From Minutocellus sp. GHC0000111 (lineage: Eukaryota): 64,000 nucleotides of DNA. Position numbers and translations under genes: made by a program. The stretch spans positions 496,001 through 560,000 of the forward strand of contig OZ361257.1 of NCBI GenBank assembly GCA_977018835.1. Direction: 5' to 3'. The notes beneath the pieces were generated by a model. It worked only from the letters and a program-made list of their open reading frames with translations. It was not told the origin of the DNA and did not search any database. Of this stretch, positions 33,801 through 46,053 are shown piece after piece (within the stretch, counting starts at the first letter, position 1; each line of letters starts with the position of its first letter).

Positions 33801-34580
33801 GTCCTCACGCCTCTCTATCGCGCCCAGAACAAGCGAGTATCTGCCGCTATCGCAACAATGCACCAAGGCACATATTTGGAAGAAAAGATGGATGACGGAG
33901 CATTCATCCAGCACCATCTTTCTCAGGTCTACGACAACATTGCCTCGAATCATCTCTCCAAACTTCCATCGGAATATTCCGGCATGGTTGCTTCGACAAT
34001 TGCGACCTATTCCATCTACTCCTTTGTCTCGAATGCTTCCCTTATTCGTCCACTCGGTGAAAATTCGCGGCTCAAAGTAACTCAAGATCTTGCCGATCTC
34101 GAGCTTTGCCTCGAGCAGCTGGTTGTCAAGGGTGGTTCGACTGCATCCCTCGGCCAGATGGATGGTGGCCGCCCCTATGCCGAACTTCGAGCCGCCCGAA
34201 ACATGCTCTTCTGGAATGGCCTCGAAAACGACGCGACACCACCGGCTGATGTGGCCAAGGCCATCCTACGAGAGGCATGGGTCAAGGATGTCAGGCCCTC
34301 GACAGTCTTTCACTTTTTGTTCACATTTGCCCCACCTTTGCTCTCCTCGCCTCACCATTCCAAGCGTATGACCGTCGAGGAATATGTCAACACATTGGTA
34401 AAGTATGATGGAAGCGTTGATGACGGGGAAGCATCTGGTTGGATGACAACATTGGCATGCTGCGACAACTACCACCAACGTGCGAGTGTAGGTGGCAATG
34501 TTGGCGGAGGTGGTGACTCTCGAGTTGCTGCCATCCTTGAATCTCTAGGCCCGGAACTCTTGCGAAGGAGAAGGCAGTAG
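30837..34580 (+). CDS. COG5: Conserved oligomeric Golgi complex subunit 5, with one in-frame TAG
   Basis: LQVYYHLGEL, VWTLQRVLSRKSDP, LYPALR and NASLIRPLGENSRLKVTQDLADLE. ORFs 30837-33278 and 33279-34580 are in the same frame, split by TAG 33276-33278 with no intron signals. Confidence 0.85.
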
Positions 34581-34589
34581 TAAAAACGA

Positions 34590-34835
34590 CTGCAGTACAT
34601 GTACATGTAGACTCTACAGTAGAGTCTGCAGCAGCTCTACGTAGCTAGTAGAATATCTCTAATGTTCCTTACCTTTAAAAACGACACCTAACCTTTTAAA
34701 CGCTCGTCGGTACAGCGTACATGTACCGAATCGGCACCTTCATATCTTCATTTCCATCCAGCCCGTACCTAGGTAGGCCTACGTACCTACTACTACATGT
34801 AGCTACGTAGCTAATACCTAGCTACGTAGGTACGT
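34590..34835. repeat. Intergenic tract of TA-bounded short palindromes
   Basis: Dense TACATGTA, AGACTCTACAGTAGAGTCT, TACGTA, TAGCTA, TACCTAGGTA and TAGGCCTA. Confidence 0.75.
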
Positions 34836-35306
34836 TCATGAAGATTCGAATCATTCGACTGAACACAATAGCCCCAGACATGTTGACTTCGCCGGAGTGT
34901 GTAATCGCCGAGCGAAAAAAGGAGAAGCTCGGAATAGAAAAGATCCTCCGGCTGAGCAGGTTCCGCCACTTTGATCCACTTTCATCTGATGGTTCGCCGT
35001 TTTACCTAGGTACAGGTTTGTACAGGTTCGCCATTTCGCGCTGGTTTGCCGTTTGTACACCCACAATCTCAAAAAAGCAATCGAATCGACCTCAGCGATT
35101 GCATGCCGGACGCTCAAGATCTCATCGGGTGAATCGAATCGAATCATCGGTCATCGCTCAACAATCTTCAGCTCCATTCGCTCGTATCCTTTTCCTTGGT
35201 CCAAAATCTCCCACTTCTCCCGTATCTTCATGGTTCGCAGCTAACGGCTGTGCTGACACGAAAGATCTTCCGCCTACAAGTTCGCACTTTTTGTACCACA
35301 TTAAAA

Positions 35307-38300
35307 ATGATTCGCGGCTTGGCTGCTACAATCCTTTTCGTTGCCCTCCGACCTATCCTCGCCAGCGGCCAGGGCGAGCTAACAGGCACACCGGCGTATG
35401 TCGACAAATCCTTCAGCTGTCCCCTTGTCACGTCCTGCCCTGCCATATGCGTCTCTGACATCACCAGTTGCCCCCAAGCCGCAACATGTCCTCAAGATCG
35501 CCCTCTTCTGTGTGATGACGGATCTTGCGTCACCTTCACCGACGGATGCGATGCCAGCCTCTACAGCCCGTGCGCAGAGAATGTGTGCGACAATACCATC
35601 GCATGTGCAATACCCGTCATGGAGTGGGAGGCGTGTCCCATCGTCTTCGAGGATGCGTACGCCGAGGCCGAAAACTGCGAAGCCGCCGATTGGGTCCCAT
35701 CGAAGGTGTCGTGGACCGATCCAGCCTTCATCGTTGGCTACTGCTGGATCTGTATCGTAACCGCCATGATTATTGGATTTTGCGCTTACAACCAGCGCTT
35801 TGCTCCTGTTGGGAAAATTCTCCCCCTCGATGAGTTCGTCAAGGCTCGGACCAGACGCAAGAGCTCATATCCAGCGTTGGAGGATATGACCAAGTCGATC
35901 CAGCAGGGAAGCGACGAATCGCTGTATGCCTGGACTCAGACTGCCTACAAGAGGACCTTCGTCGGTACTTCCATCTACGTTCTTACCATCTGCACCTGGT
36001 GGGCCTTTCATTGTGTCCTTGCCTTTCTCGTCAAATTCTTCTACGATCAGCAGTGGTGGCGAGAGACGAACAACCCCTTCGAGGACGAGGTCCAGGTTCT
36101 GGCGGTCTTTGTTGTGGTCCTCATCATCGGCTTCGTATGGAGCATGCACCTCAAATGGCCCAGCAGCATCCGTTCCCTCTTCTTGCGCCGCTGCACCTTC
36201 GAAGAGGCCGACTTCATCGCCGTTTGGTGTCCCGCTACCGAGAATGCCAATGAAAATACCAAGAGCTCAAGATACATTCGTCGCATCATGTACTGGATGG
36301 ATGCCATCGGTCGATGCTTCACTGCCTACTTTACATTCCTCTTCTCCGATGTGTCCCGTCCCAAGATCAAGGGCAGCTTCCAGTATTGTCCCGTCGAGAC
36401 CAATTCTGACGGAAGCAGATCCTTCACCTTCCGCCTTCGCCGATACAACATGGGGCCGCAGATGACGTGCTTCCATCCTGGCACCATGACGGTGGGCAGA
36501 ACTCTTCACGACTTTCTTGGTCAGATTAATGGTCTGTCTTCAGATGAGGTTGAAAAGAGAGTAACGAAAGTGGGCGCCAACAAGATCTACATGAAGAAGC
36601 CTCATCCTCTCCGATCTATTGGAGAGGAGTTCAACCAGATCTTCTACGTTTACCAATTTTACATCATTTGGACGTGGCTCAATTACTGGTACTGGTATAT
36701 GGGCATCATTTATCTTGCTACTTTGGCGGTAGGTGGAGTCTCCGTTGCCTACACCAAGTTTAAGAGCGACGAAAAACTATACCGCCTGAGTCAACTCACC
36801 GGAACTACCATGGTCCTACGAGATGGTACCTCTGTCGAGAAAAAACAAGAGGAGCTTGTTCCAGGAGATGTGGTTGCAGTCCAACCTGGCGTAGCATCCA
36901 CCGACATGATCCTCATTAGTGGAGAGAATGTGCTAACTGATGAAGCTGCTCTCACCGGCGAGGCTCACCCTGTGGTCAAATCCGCCATTGATCCTGCCGA
37001 GTCCAAATCTACTTTGTATGACCTCAAAACACATCGCGTCCACACTATCTTTGCCGGCACGTCCATTGTCGAGTGCAAAGAAGGTGATCGAGCCATCGTC
37101 ATCAAGGCCGGTTCTTTCTCAACTCGAGGAGAGCTCATCCGAGACATTCTGTATTACGAGCGTCATCGATTCAAGTTCGACGTGGAGATAGAGATTGTCC
37201 TTGCCATCTTGATCGTATGGGCCCTCATCGCATTTGGCATCACTGTCCGTCTCTTAGGCGGTGTCCAAGGAAATTCAGTATATACCTTCTTCTAGTGAGT
37301 ATCGTTCGCCTTGGCCAACATGTGAATTTCCTAGCAATAACACTCCATCTAACATTATCTGCTTTTAACCCTCTTTCTCCCCCCTTCCCCCTTTTTGATT
37401 TGGCAGTGGTGCATACGTTATTGCAAGTGTCATCCCCCCGCTGCTACCTACTGTCTTTGTAGTGTCGGTTGGCATTTCTCACGATCGTCTGTTCAAACGT
37501 CGCATCGCTTGTTCCGAGTCTCATGCTATTCTCGTTGCGGGCAAGGTCTCGATTGGATTCTTTGACAAGACCGGAACCCTGACCAAGCAAGGCCTTGACT
37601 TCATCTCCGCCGAAAGTTTCATCGGTGGCAACCGTTGTGCTGGTTCATCGCAGAGCGAGGATCTAACAAGAGCAATGGCGGTCTGTCACACGCTAGTCAA
37701 GTCTGACAAGAAAGGATTGATTGGCAATCAAGTTGACTAGGTCATGTTCGAAGCCTCCAAGGCTGCCATGGATAGCTCCAATACAAAATCCATCGTCATC
37801 ACGCCGAATGACGGGAAACCACTTCGCGTCATCAAACGATTTGAATTTGATCATCATCGCATGACACAAAGCGTGGTAGTACTTGATACAAAGACCGGAA
37901 AGATGTACGCATTTGTCAAAGGCAGCGCTGAAACTATGAAGAAGCTATGCACTCAAGAAAGTCTTCCTTCCGACTTTGACAGCCAGACCCAGGCGAGCGC
38001 CAAGGCCGGCATATACCAAATCTCCATGGCCATGCGCGAAGTCTCTACAGCCGACCCAACTGACAGCGCCACAATTGTGCGAGACAATGTCGAGTCTAAC
38101 CTCCAATTTCTCGGTTTCATCAACTTCAAGAATAGTTTGAGAGAGGAGACCAAAGATGTTATCCATGAACTTGAAGAGGGCGATGTTCGCCCCATTATGG
38201 TTACCGGCGACAGCATCTTCACCGGAGTTTGTATTGCCAAGGAAAGTGGAATTATTTCTCCCAAAAGTCAAGGTGCGTTGCTCAATATTGCATGTCTTCT

Positions 38301-39344
38301 CTTGATACTGCGGTCGTATCTCCCTTTAGCTAGTCTAGCTACGTAGTGTTATCATTGGCTCACCCCCAATGGACTCTTGCCTCGCTCGCTTTCATTTATT
38401 TATTCATTCATTCATTCATTTCTTGTAGTGTTCATTGGGCAACTGGACGAATATGGCAAAGTCACGTGGACAGACTCCGCTACGGATGATGTGGTGTCAG
38501 TGCCTTCGCTAAAGCGTCTGGAAGATCCCGATTCTAATGTCTATCTTGCCATTTCCGGAGAGGTGTGGACTGCACTCCTTGCGCGTTCCGAAGTTGAAGC
38601 TATGCAACTCGCCAATCACATCTATGCAGGTGTAGCCCAAACGACAAAGTGTCGATTGTTGCCACTTTTGTGAAGCATGGATACATCACACTAATGTGTG
38701 GTGACGGAGGGAATGACTGTGGTGCTCTAAAGACAGCCCATGTCGGTGTCGCCTTGTCGGATTCCGAGGCTTCGATTGTTTCTCCATTTACTTCTCTTGA
38801 CAAGAGTATCACTTCGGTCCTTGATGTGCTCAAGGAAGGCCGTTGTGCCTTGGCTTCGGCCTTGAAGGTCTATAAGTACGAATTGATGTATGGACAGGTT
38901 ACTACGTTCAACCAAATGGCCAATGCCTACTACGGCATTACCTTCGCCGAGTGGAACTGGGTTTTCATGGACGCTATCTGGATGATTACGAGTAAGTACA
39001 AAGAATGCCGCGATGGAATTTTACCCTCGTACCGTGCATCACGATAAGATCTCTCTATGTGTGCATCTGAGTCTAACGACCGTTTGTGCATTCGAATTCA
39101 TTTATCCACTTTTATGCTACATACAGTGGCCTTCACTCTCCCCAGGGCCAAGGCAAACAAGATGCTTTCGCCTGCCCGTCCAACCGCCTCTCTTCTTGGC
39201 GCTCATACCATGTCGTCCTACCTCGGCATCCTCCTCATCAACTTTTTGGCGATGGTCGTTGGGCTTGTTGCTCTGAATCAGCAAAGCTGGTACAGCTGTA
39301 GGAAGTGGGTGTTGGATGACATAAGCTACATCCTGGTGTTGGGT
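35307..39344 (+). pseudogene. P5B-type ATPase (ATP13A-like); disrupted and 3'-truncated
   Basis: LTGE, IPPLLP, FDKTGTLT, MVTGD and MCGDGGNDCGAL. Introns 37295-37406, 38273-38428 and 38992-39126. In-frame TAG 37738-37740 and frameshift ~38625. The donor at 39345 has no recognisable downstream exon. Confidence 0.85.
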
Positions 39345-39791
39345 GTAAGTAGATAATTCTACTTCGTTTGTTAGCTTTGCCGGTACTTCTTGCATGATTA
39401 GAGCGCCACATGTACCTGTAGTACCGGACGCCAGCCGTGACTTCTGCTCCTGGTAGACTCGACTCACTCGTCTGGCCCATCTGCAAATCTCATTGCATTG
39501 CTTGACGACTGGTGGCCCTGGCTGCCCCCTGACCATATCATCTCTAACTAAAACAAGGACATCGAAACGGAGTTAGGTCAGTTGGCACCCTTGCTTCTTG
39601 GCCACGCTACGATTGTACAGCTGCAAGCAGGCGGTCAGAGCGAGAGTTTGGCAGGCACAGCAGTGTCGAATCGACTCTGACTCATTGGACCACGATCCAA
39701 CTCACCACTTTGTTGTTGGCCAAGCAAGCGAGGTAGCAAGTAAGCGCGTGAGAAAGTGAGAGAACAATAGAAAGAAGGAAGCAAAAAAGCA

Positions 39792-42700
39792 ATGCCGTCC
39801 AAAGCTGGAGCTGGTGCTGGAGCCGGGGGCTTCATCGGCTTCTCGGCCTTTGCCGACCCGTCGTCGACGATTGCCGGAGCCGTGGCGGCGGCGGGCAGCA
39901 ATAATAATGCAGGAAGCACGAGCGGCGGCAAGGCGAGTACTCGCAGTGGCAACAATAGCAGCAACAACAATAACGGCGGTGGCAACGCAGCAAGGACACG
40001 CGCAGCGGCGGCGGGCCCGACGCCCTCCCCCGTCTTCGCAGGGTCGGACCCGCACCTCCACCAGCTGTTCCGCCGGATCGGCCAGAAGAAGGACGCCACC
40101 ACCCGAGTGCGGGCCCTCGACGAGCTGACCGGATATGCCTTTGGCGGTGGCAGTAGTAGTGGTGCTGCTGCTGCTTCTGATGGTGCAAGTGCGGCTACTG
40201 GCAGTGGCAACAATCTCAGCCCCAGTTCGAATGCCAATCTCAATCTCAGCCGGCAGGACAAGGTGGCCGCCCTGTCCCACCTGACGTACCTGGCCCTGAC
40301 CAAGCTGCTGTGGGACAATGCCCCCTCGGTCCGAGCGGCGACTCTGTCGGCTTTGGCGGCCGCTTCGGATGCCGTGCCCAAGGCATGGAGGGGCCTCGTC
40401 CTCTACGGTGCGCCGAGATTGGTGTCGGTGCAGGAGGACAACAACAACAACAACAGCAGCAACAACAACGTTGTCAGAGCGATGCCCAATACCGACGCCA
40501 TGCTCGTCCTTCCCGAGGGGGGACTGTCGTCGTCGGGACTGACCGTGGCGGCCCTCGTTTATGCTTTGGCTGGCGATTCCAGCTCGGAGGTTGCCGCTGC
40601 CACCGATGCTTTTCTGGGACGGTTGCTGTTGGAGGAGGATGACAAGGATGACAAAAATAAGAAGACGATGGAAGACAACAACAACAATGACAAGACGAAC
40701 GCAATCTCCAACAACAAGGCCCTCCTGCAATGCTCCGTCGCCAACTTTGCCCTGGCGGCACTCAAGTTGGGCGGGGCCGATGCCCTCGACGGGGCCATAT
40801 TAGGCACCGGCGGGAGTAATACAAATATGGATGCCAAACCAAGGGGTAAAGGCGGCAAAAAGCAACAACAACAACAACAACAACAACAGCAAAAGTACCA
40901 AAAATACCGGTGGGTACGAAAAGTCCGATGCGCAGAGGGAGGAGAGCGAGGAGCGGTACGAGCGGACCGTGCTGGCCATACTGGGCGCACTTTCGATGCT
41001 GGTCAAGTCATTTCCGGAACCGTCGTCTTCCTGGAGCCGGAGCGAGCAGGACGGGGACGCTGTCGCTACTGCTACCACGACCAGATTTGCGTATGCCGAC
41101 CTCATCGTTCATCAAGAGGAGGGAAAAGAAGGACAAGACAGCAGTGAAGGTGGTGGTGACAATGCCGACGAAGGTGAAAGAAAAAGGAGCTCCCTTTGGC
41201 GTCATCTCACCTCCTCACGCTCTCCGTTCCGCAGGGCGACGTATGCAACGCTGTCTGATCTGTGTCAGGGGGGCCCATCGCTGCTCCATGGTACGAATAG
41301 GAGGAATGAGAAGAATAAAAAGAGCCTGGCCAGTCAACTCCCGATGGCTATTTCCAATGAACATGACCCTGGAAATGTTCCCAAGATGCTAAGCTTTGTC
41401 CTCTCGTATGTGGCATCGTCCCGCAAGATGATTGATACCGATAATCAGCCATCTCCTGGCACGAGCATAGTTTGGGACGTCGATAGGGGCGGTATCGATT
41501 GCAACAAGTTAGTATCGGCTCTGTCCAAGCTATTTCGAAGAGGATGCCATGGCTCCCCGGCTATTGGTTGGGCTCCCATTGTTCTGCCGATCGTAGCTTG
41601 CCTCCCTCGATTGGACGGAAAGAATGCGCTTCAAAGAAAGACCATGGCGGCACTGTGGGAGGGTAGGAGTGCCATTATCGGGGGCGTGACGAACGATGCC
41701 GCAGTAGTGACTGCCGTAGAGGAGGCAGCTGCGTACCTTTTGCTACGAAGGGTGGGTGACAGTGCGGGCGAAGATGGCGATGATGCCAGCGATGATATCG
41801 CTGCCAACCTGACTTCCAGTGAAGATGAGGCCAAAGATATCTCGCAGTACATCTTTCGATCCCTACAATACTACCTTTGCGAATCTGACGGAGGCAATAG
41901 GCGAGACGAGAGCTCTTCTCTTCATGAGCTCTGTACCGCCCTTTGCCGCGATCTACAGAGGATCGATTCTGCGAGTGAGAGAGTGGATTGTATCTTATAT
42001 CCTGTCCGTGATTGGTTCTGGGGCAACGACGGTGTTGGTAAGATCATCCTTGATGCAGTTGGAAGCGAAGACAGTGTCCTGTCTGTTACAAGGCTGGAAA
42101 ATCTAGTGAAAGTGGCAAACGCAACCGCGGACCATGCTGTAGGAGCACAATCCCCAGGTCATTATCTTGCACCAATCCTACGTGACAGCGTCTCTGTAGT
42201 TGGAGTCAATGTTGTTGATTCTTCGGGTTCTTCTGCTTCTGATGGACCGCCAATCTATGTCAAAATCAAATTGATGCTGGAAGTAACGAAGTATTGTGGC
42301 ATATTCTTCGTCCTCAAAGTAAGCGACGATCACGATGATGAAGCAGTTGCATCGTGCATTTCGAGCCAGATTATCCCATGGATCATCGCTACCTTTTCGT
42401 CCTCGTCGTCATTATCGATGTCGTCAGCTTCTTCTTACCGCGCAGCCTATGTTGAATTGATGTGCCTTTGCCTCGATGCGATAATTTCCAACGATGATCG
42501 TCGTGAAGCATGGTCGGCAGCCCTGGACAGTATGGTCCGAGCCCACGTCGATCTGTCTTTCCTTACCGATCTCATTGCCGAAGTGCAAATCCCAACAAGG
42601 CCCAGTGCAAGCATCGTACGTTGCGATATCCTCGATGATTTTGCTACTCAGGTGGGTGAGGCCGCTTCGTTGTTGTTCCAGGGAAAAGCAATTTCGGAGG

Positions 42701-45700
42701 AAATGGTGAACTCGGACGAATCTCGAAGTATGCGCCATCTCCTACATACCCTTGTCGGTCGTTCATCAAAATGCTCGCAGATATTAGTTGGACAAGGTGT
42801 CATTCAAAGTTGGATAGAGTCTGCCTGTCTAGAATCAAATGAGAACAAAGATATGCCTCTCCTCATCAAGGATATCGGATGCAACGACATTCTTCTCGAC
42901 GTCTTACTAACCATGGTATCAGAGGGCGACCCTTTCGTAACCGAGCCTGACGTGCTGCGAATCATGATTCAGTCGTTCAGGGAGGGTGGGCAGATTTGGG
43001 AGAGAAAAGCCTTGCAACTACCAGAAACACGCCGCCAGTATCAACATATCATGAAGAATCTAGAGGAGCGTGCAAAAGTTATTTTGAAACAGGACCTCGA
43101 AAAGATAACGAGACTGCAAAAGCGACCGGATGCCGATCGACTTTGCCGCATTTGGTCGGAACGGTGCACTCGGCTCTTTGAGCTATCTTCAGATCAGAAT
43201 CTCGATCTTGTTCGACTCGATAATATTGATCTCTGGGCGGCATCATATTCCACTCCAACCCCCAGCACTGTCTCTACCGTCGATGGCGACGTTGACATTG
43301 ATTTCTGTGCTCAGATCAATCCTCTCTATACTTGCCTCAAACTTGTACTGCAAAACTTTGAGCCTGCGAAGCGGCGAGAGATGCTCTGTGGCACCATGGG
43401 AACTCTTGATACTACCGGTACGGAGCTCGTCCTTCATGTGTTGCTGTCCTTGTCACACGCCGTACCCTCGCAAGTGCCGACTCCCACGACTTCCAGACAG
43501 TGTTTGTGCCATGATCTCTTTGATCTTCTTCGCGATTTGCCCAGGCCTTATCTTGTGGACCTGTGTAAGCAGACCATTGCACTAATCTCCCGAAAAATGG
43601 GCCAAGTCGATACTGAAGATGAAGAATCACGGGAAGTCATCAATCGCGCAGTTGTCGTTCTTGATGTACTTGCCTTAAAAGCATTTGGTCGTCGAAGCTT
43701 GAGCGAAGGTACATGTGCCGAGGACGACCAAGTCAGCCAAGACAATATTAGGGAGGGCGATAAACTTTACTACGTCGCTAAGGGCGAGGATGGTAGTGCC
43801 ACAACTCGCGTACAATGCCAAGTTGCAAAAATCCATACCGATGATTATCCCAATTTGTATTTTACCATTCGAATTGAGGGAGAGAATGGGGTGGTATCCG
43901 AGCGACAAACCGTAGCCAATCGACTTCGGAAATTATCAAAGACACAGTCTTCCAAGTCAGAGGAGCACCAGAAAGGAGAAAATGATGGCACCGGCATGAC
44001 GGCTTTACTTCTTGATAAAGTGATCAAGCCGCATCTTGGAGAGACTGCCACTCAGCCTTCTTCCTTCGTTACCGAGGCCGCTGCCGAATGCTGCAGCATC
44101 GCCATCTCGAAATTTGGGCTTGGCGAGAAGAACGGAATCGGAACTATCCGATACGAGGTTTATCAGATCGTCTCTAGTCTCGAGCAAAGCGCTCGCAATA
44201 CTCTAATAAATGCTGCAGGCCAGGTGGAGGTAGCAGCCACGTCGCTTCGATGCCTTGCATTGGCGCTTGGCTATGGCGCCCTGACAGAATTCTCCCCGAC
44301 CAACATCAAGGCTCTCAAGCTCTCACCGGCCGATTTGGTTGGTTCCATCCACGATGCAATCGATAGTGCCACAAAGACAAAGCAGAGCATTGTCTCGATG
44401 TTGATGTGGCTGGATATGGCCCTCTCATCTTCGTCAACGAACGGAGATGTGTTCCGCCAGACCATGTACATTCTCGAAGTGGCTTCACAAAAATTATCTC
44501 GCCAACTAGATTCTCAAGATGACCCTGTTTTGCTGCTACGAGCATTCTCTACAGTCCAGAAGTATGCGCACGAATGCATCGACTATAGTTCTGCTGATAC
44601 CAAGAGCGAGAAAGAAATTCTCGGCGTTCTTGTGCGTATTTTTGTCGCAACTTCAGTCGATGATAAAGAAGACGCCGACGGCGAACCTCCACTATGGCTC
44701 GATCTCTTCTCGTCACTAGTTGAATACAATCTAACAAGAGATGGTTGAGATGGTAGAGTTCTCCTCTACGGCGCAAGGGAATGGGACGAAGCCCTTTGCG
44801 ACACACTATTCTCTCCAAGGAAGCGACGATGTGGATACCAATTGCTGACAACAATTGCCAGTGAGCAGATCATGTTCAATCCCAGCGGACAAATCTCTCT
44901 CGAGACACGACGGCACTTGAAGAAGTGGAAGGCCAATTTGGATTCTGAGGAAGCAGAAGAGCTTCAAGATGATGCAACAGTCAGTTCCAAATGGCTCCCC
45001 CAGTGTCTAATGAATCTTGTTGGGGACTGGTCTGAGATGAGCGATGAAGACCGAGCTGCGGAGGACGAAGATGAAAGTGTGGGCAAGCTCTTGAGCTGGC
45101 TCGCCTGTCTCAACTTTCTCGATGATGCAGCTGCCGTTGACATTCGCAACCGAAGTGCCATCACGTCGTACTTCGACCAGGCATCTGCTGTCGCCGAAGT
45201 CCTTGCTACTGCCACACGGCATGCTAACCTTACCGACAACAAGGCGGCAGCATGGATGTCTTGTCTCGATTCTATGAATGGCCAAGACGACCCCTTGACC
45301 TTGTCGGATGTTGCTACGCTAGCTGTGTTCAGGACAATTGAATCCGTCCCCACGCTCGCCAAGAAGTGACTTTTGTCCCAGATCCATTGCTCCTCAGATT
45401 AATGCCTTCGTCGAAAAGCGAGTTGCACCGGAGACTTTGATGAGAGAATTGTCTCGAATCAAGAATGTGGAAAGCTCATTCGGTGAAATGAGCGTCACCG
45501 GTAGCTACGTTAGCCGGATAATTACAGCTACTTACATCCAAGATGAGAGCACGCTCTCAGTCCAGATATCTGTTCCGTCTTCATTTCCTCTTCGAAATGC
45601 GGAGGTGGATTGCAAGATGACGCTGGGAATCCCGAATCAACGATGGCGCCGGTGGGAGCTCATGATTACCCGCATGCTCAACCATGAGGACGGATCAATC

Positions 45701-45934
45701 CTCGACGCACTCTTGCTGTGGAAAAAGAATTGTGACAAGGAGTTTGACGGCGTTGAGCCCTGTCCTGTTTGTTACTCAGTTTTGTGTGTGAAAACGCACG
45801 CCATGCCGAATCTGGAGTGCAATACATGCAATAATCGATTCCATTCAAATTGTTTGATGAAATGGTTCAAGACCTCCGGGAAGAATCTTTGTGTCATGTG
45901 CCAACAATCCTGGAGCGGTACCAAGATTTCTTGA
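39792..45934 (+). pseudogene. LTN1: E3 ubiquitin ligase listerin with three lesions
   Basis: N-terminal GFIGFSAF...KKDATTRVRALDEL and C-terminal RWD + RING (GVEPCPVCYSV...CNNRFHSNCLMKWF...CVMCQ). Frameshift ~40857-40861, TGA 44746-44748, frameshift ~45367. Confidence 0.88.
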
Positions 45935-46053
45935 TTGAGTTGCTATTCTACACACAGCTATCGACAATAATTCAGACTCTCTAGAGTATTGTAATTGTAA
46001 TATGAAATGATCGAGTGTGCGTGAACATAAGTCATTGCTTTTTCTTAGAATCA

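Noticed and set aside
37293..37295. Apparent TAG stop in the P5-ATPase
   Set aside because: It is TA plus the G of a GTGAGT donor; splicing gives TAT (Tyr).
40438..40890. (AAC)n microsatellites
   Set aside because: Ordinary coding poly-Asn tracts in LTN1, relevant only as neighbours of the frameshift.
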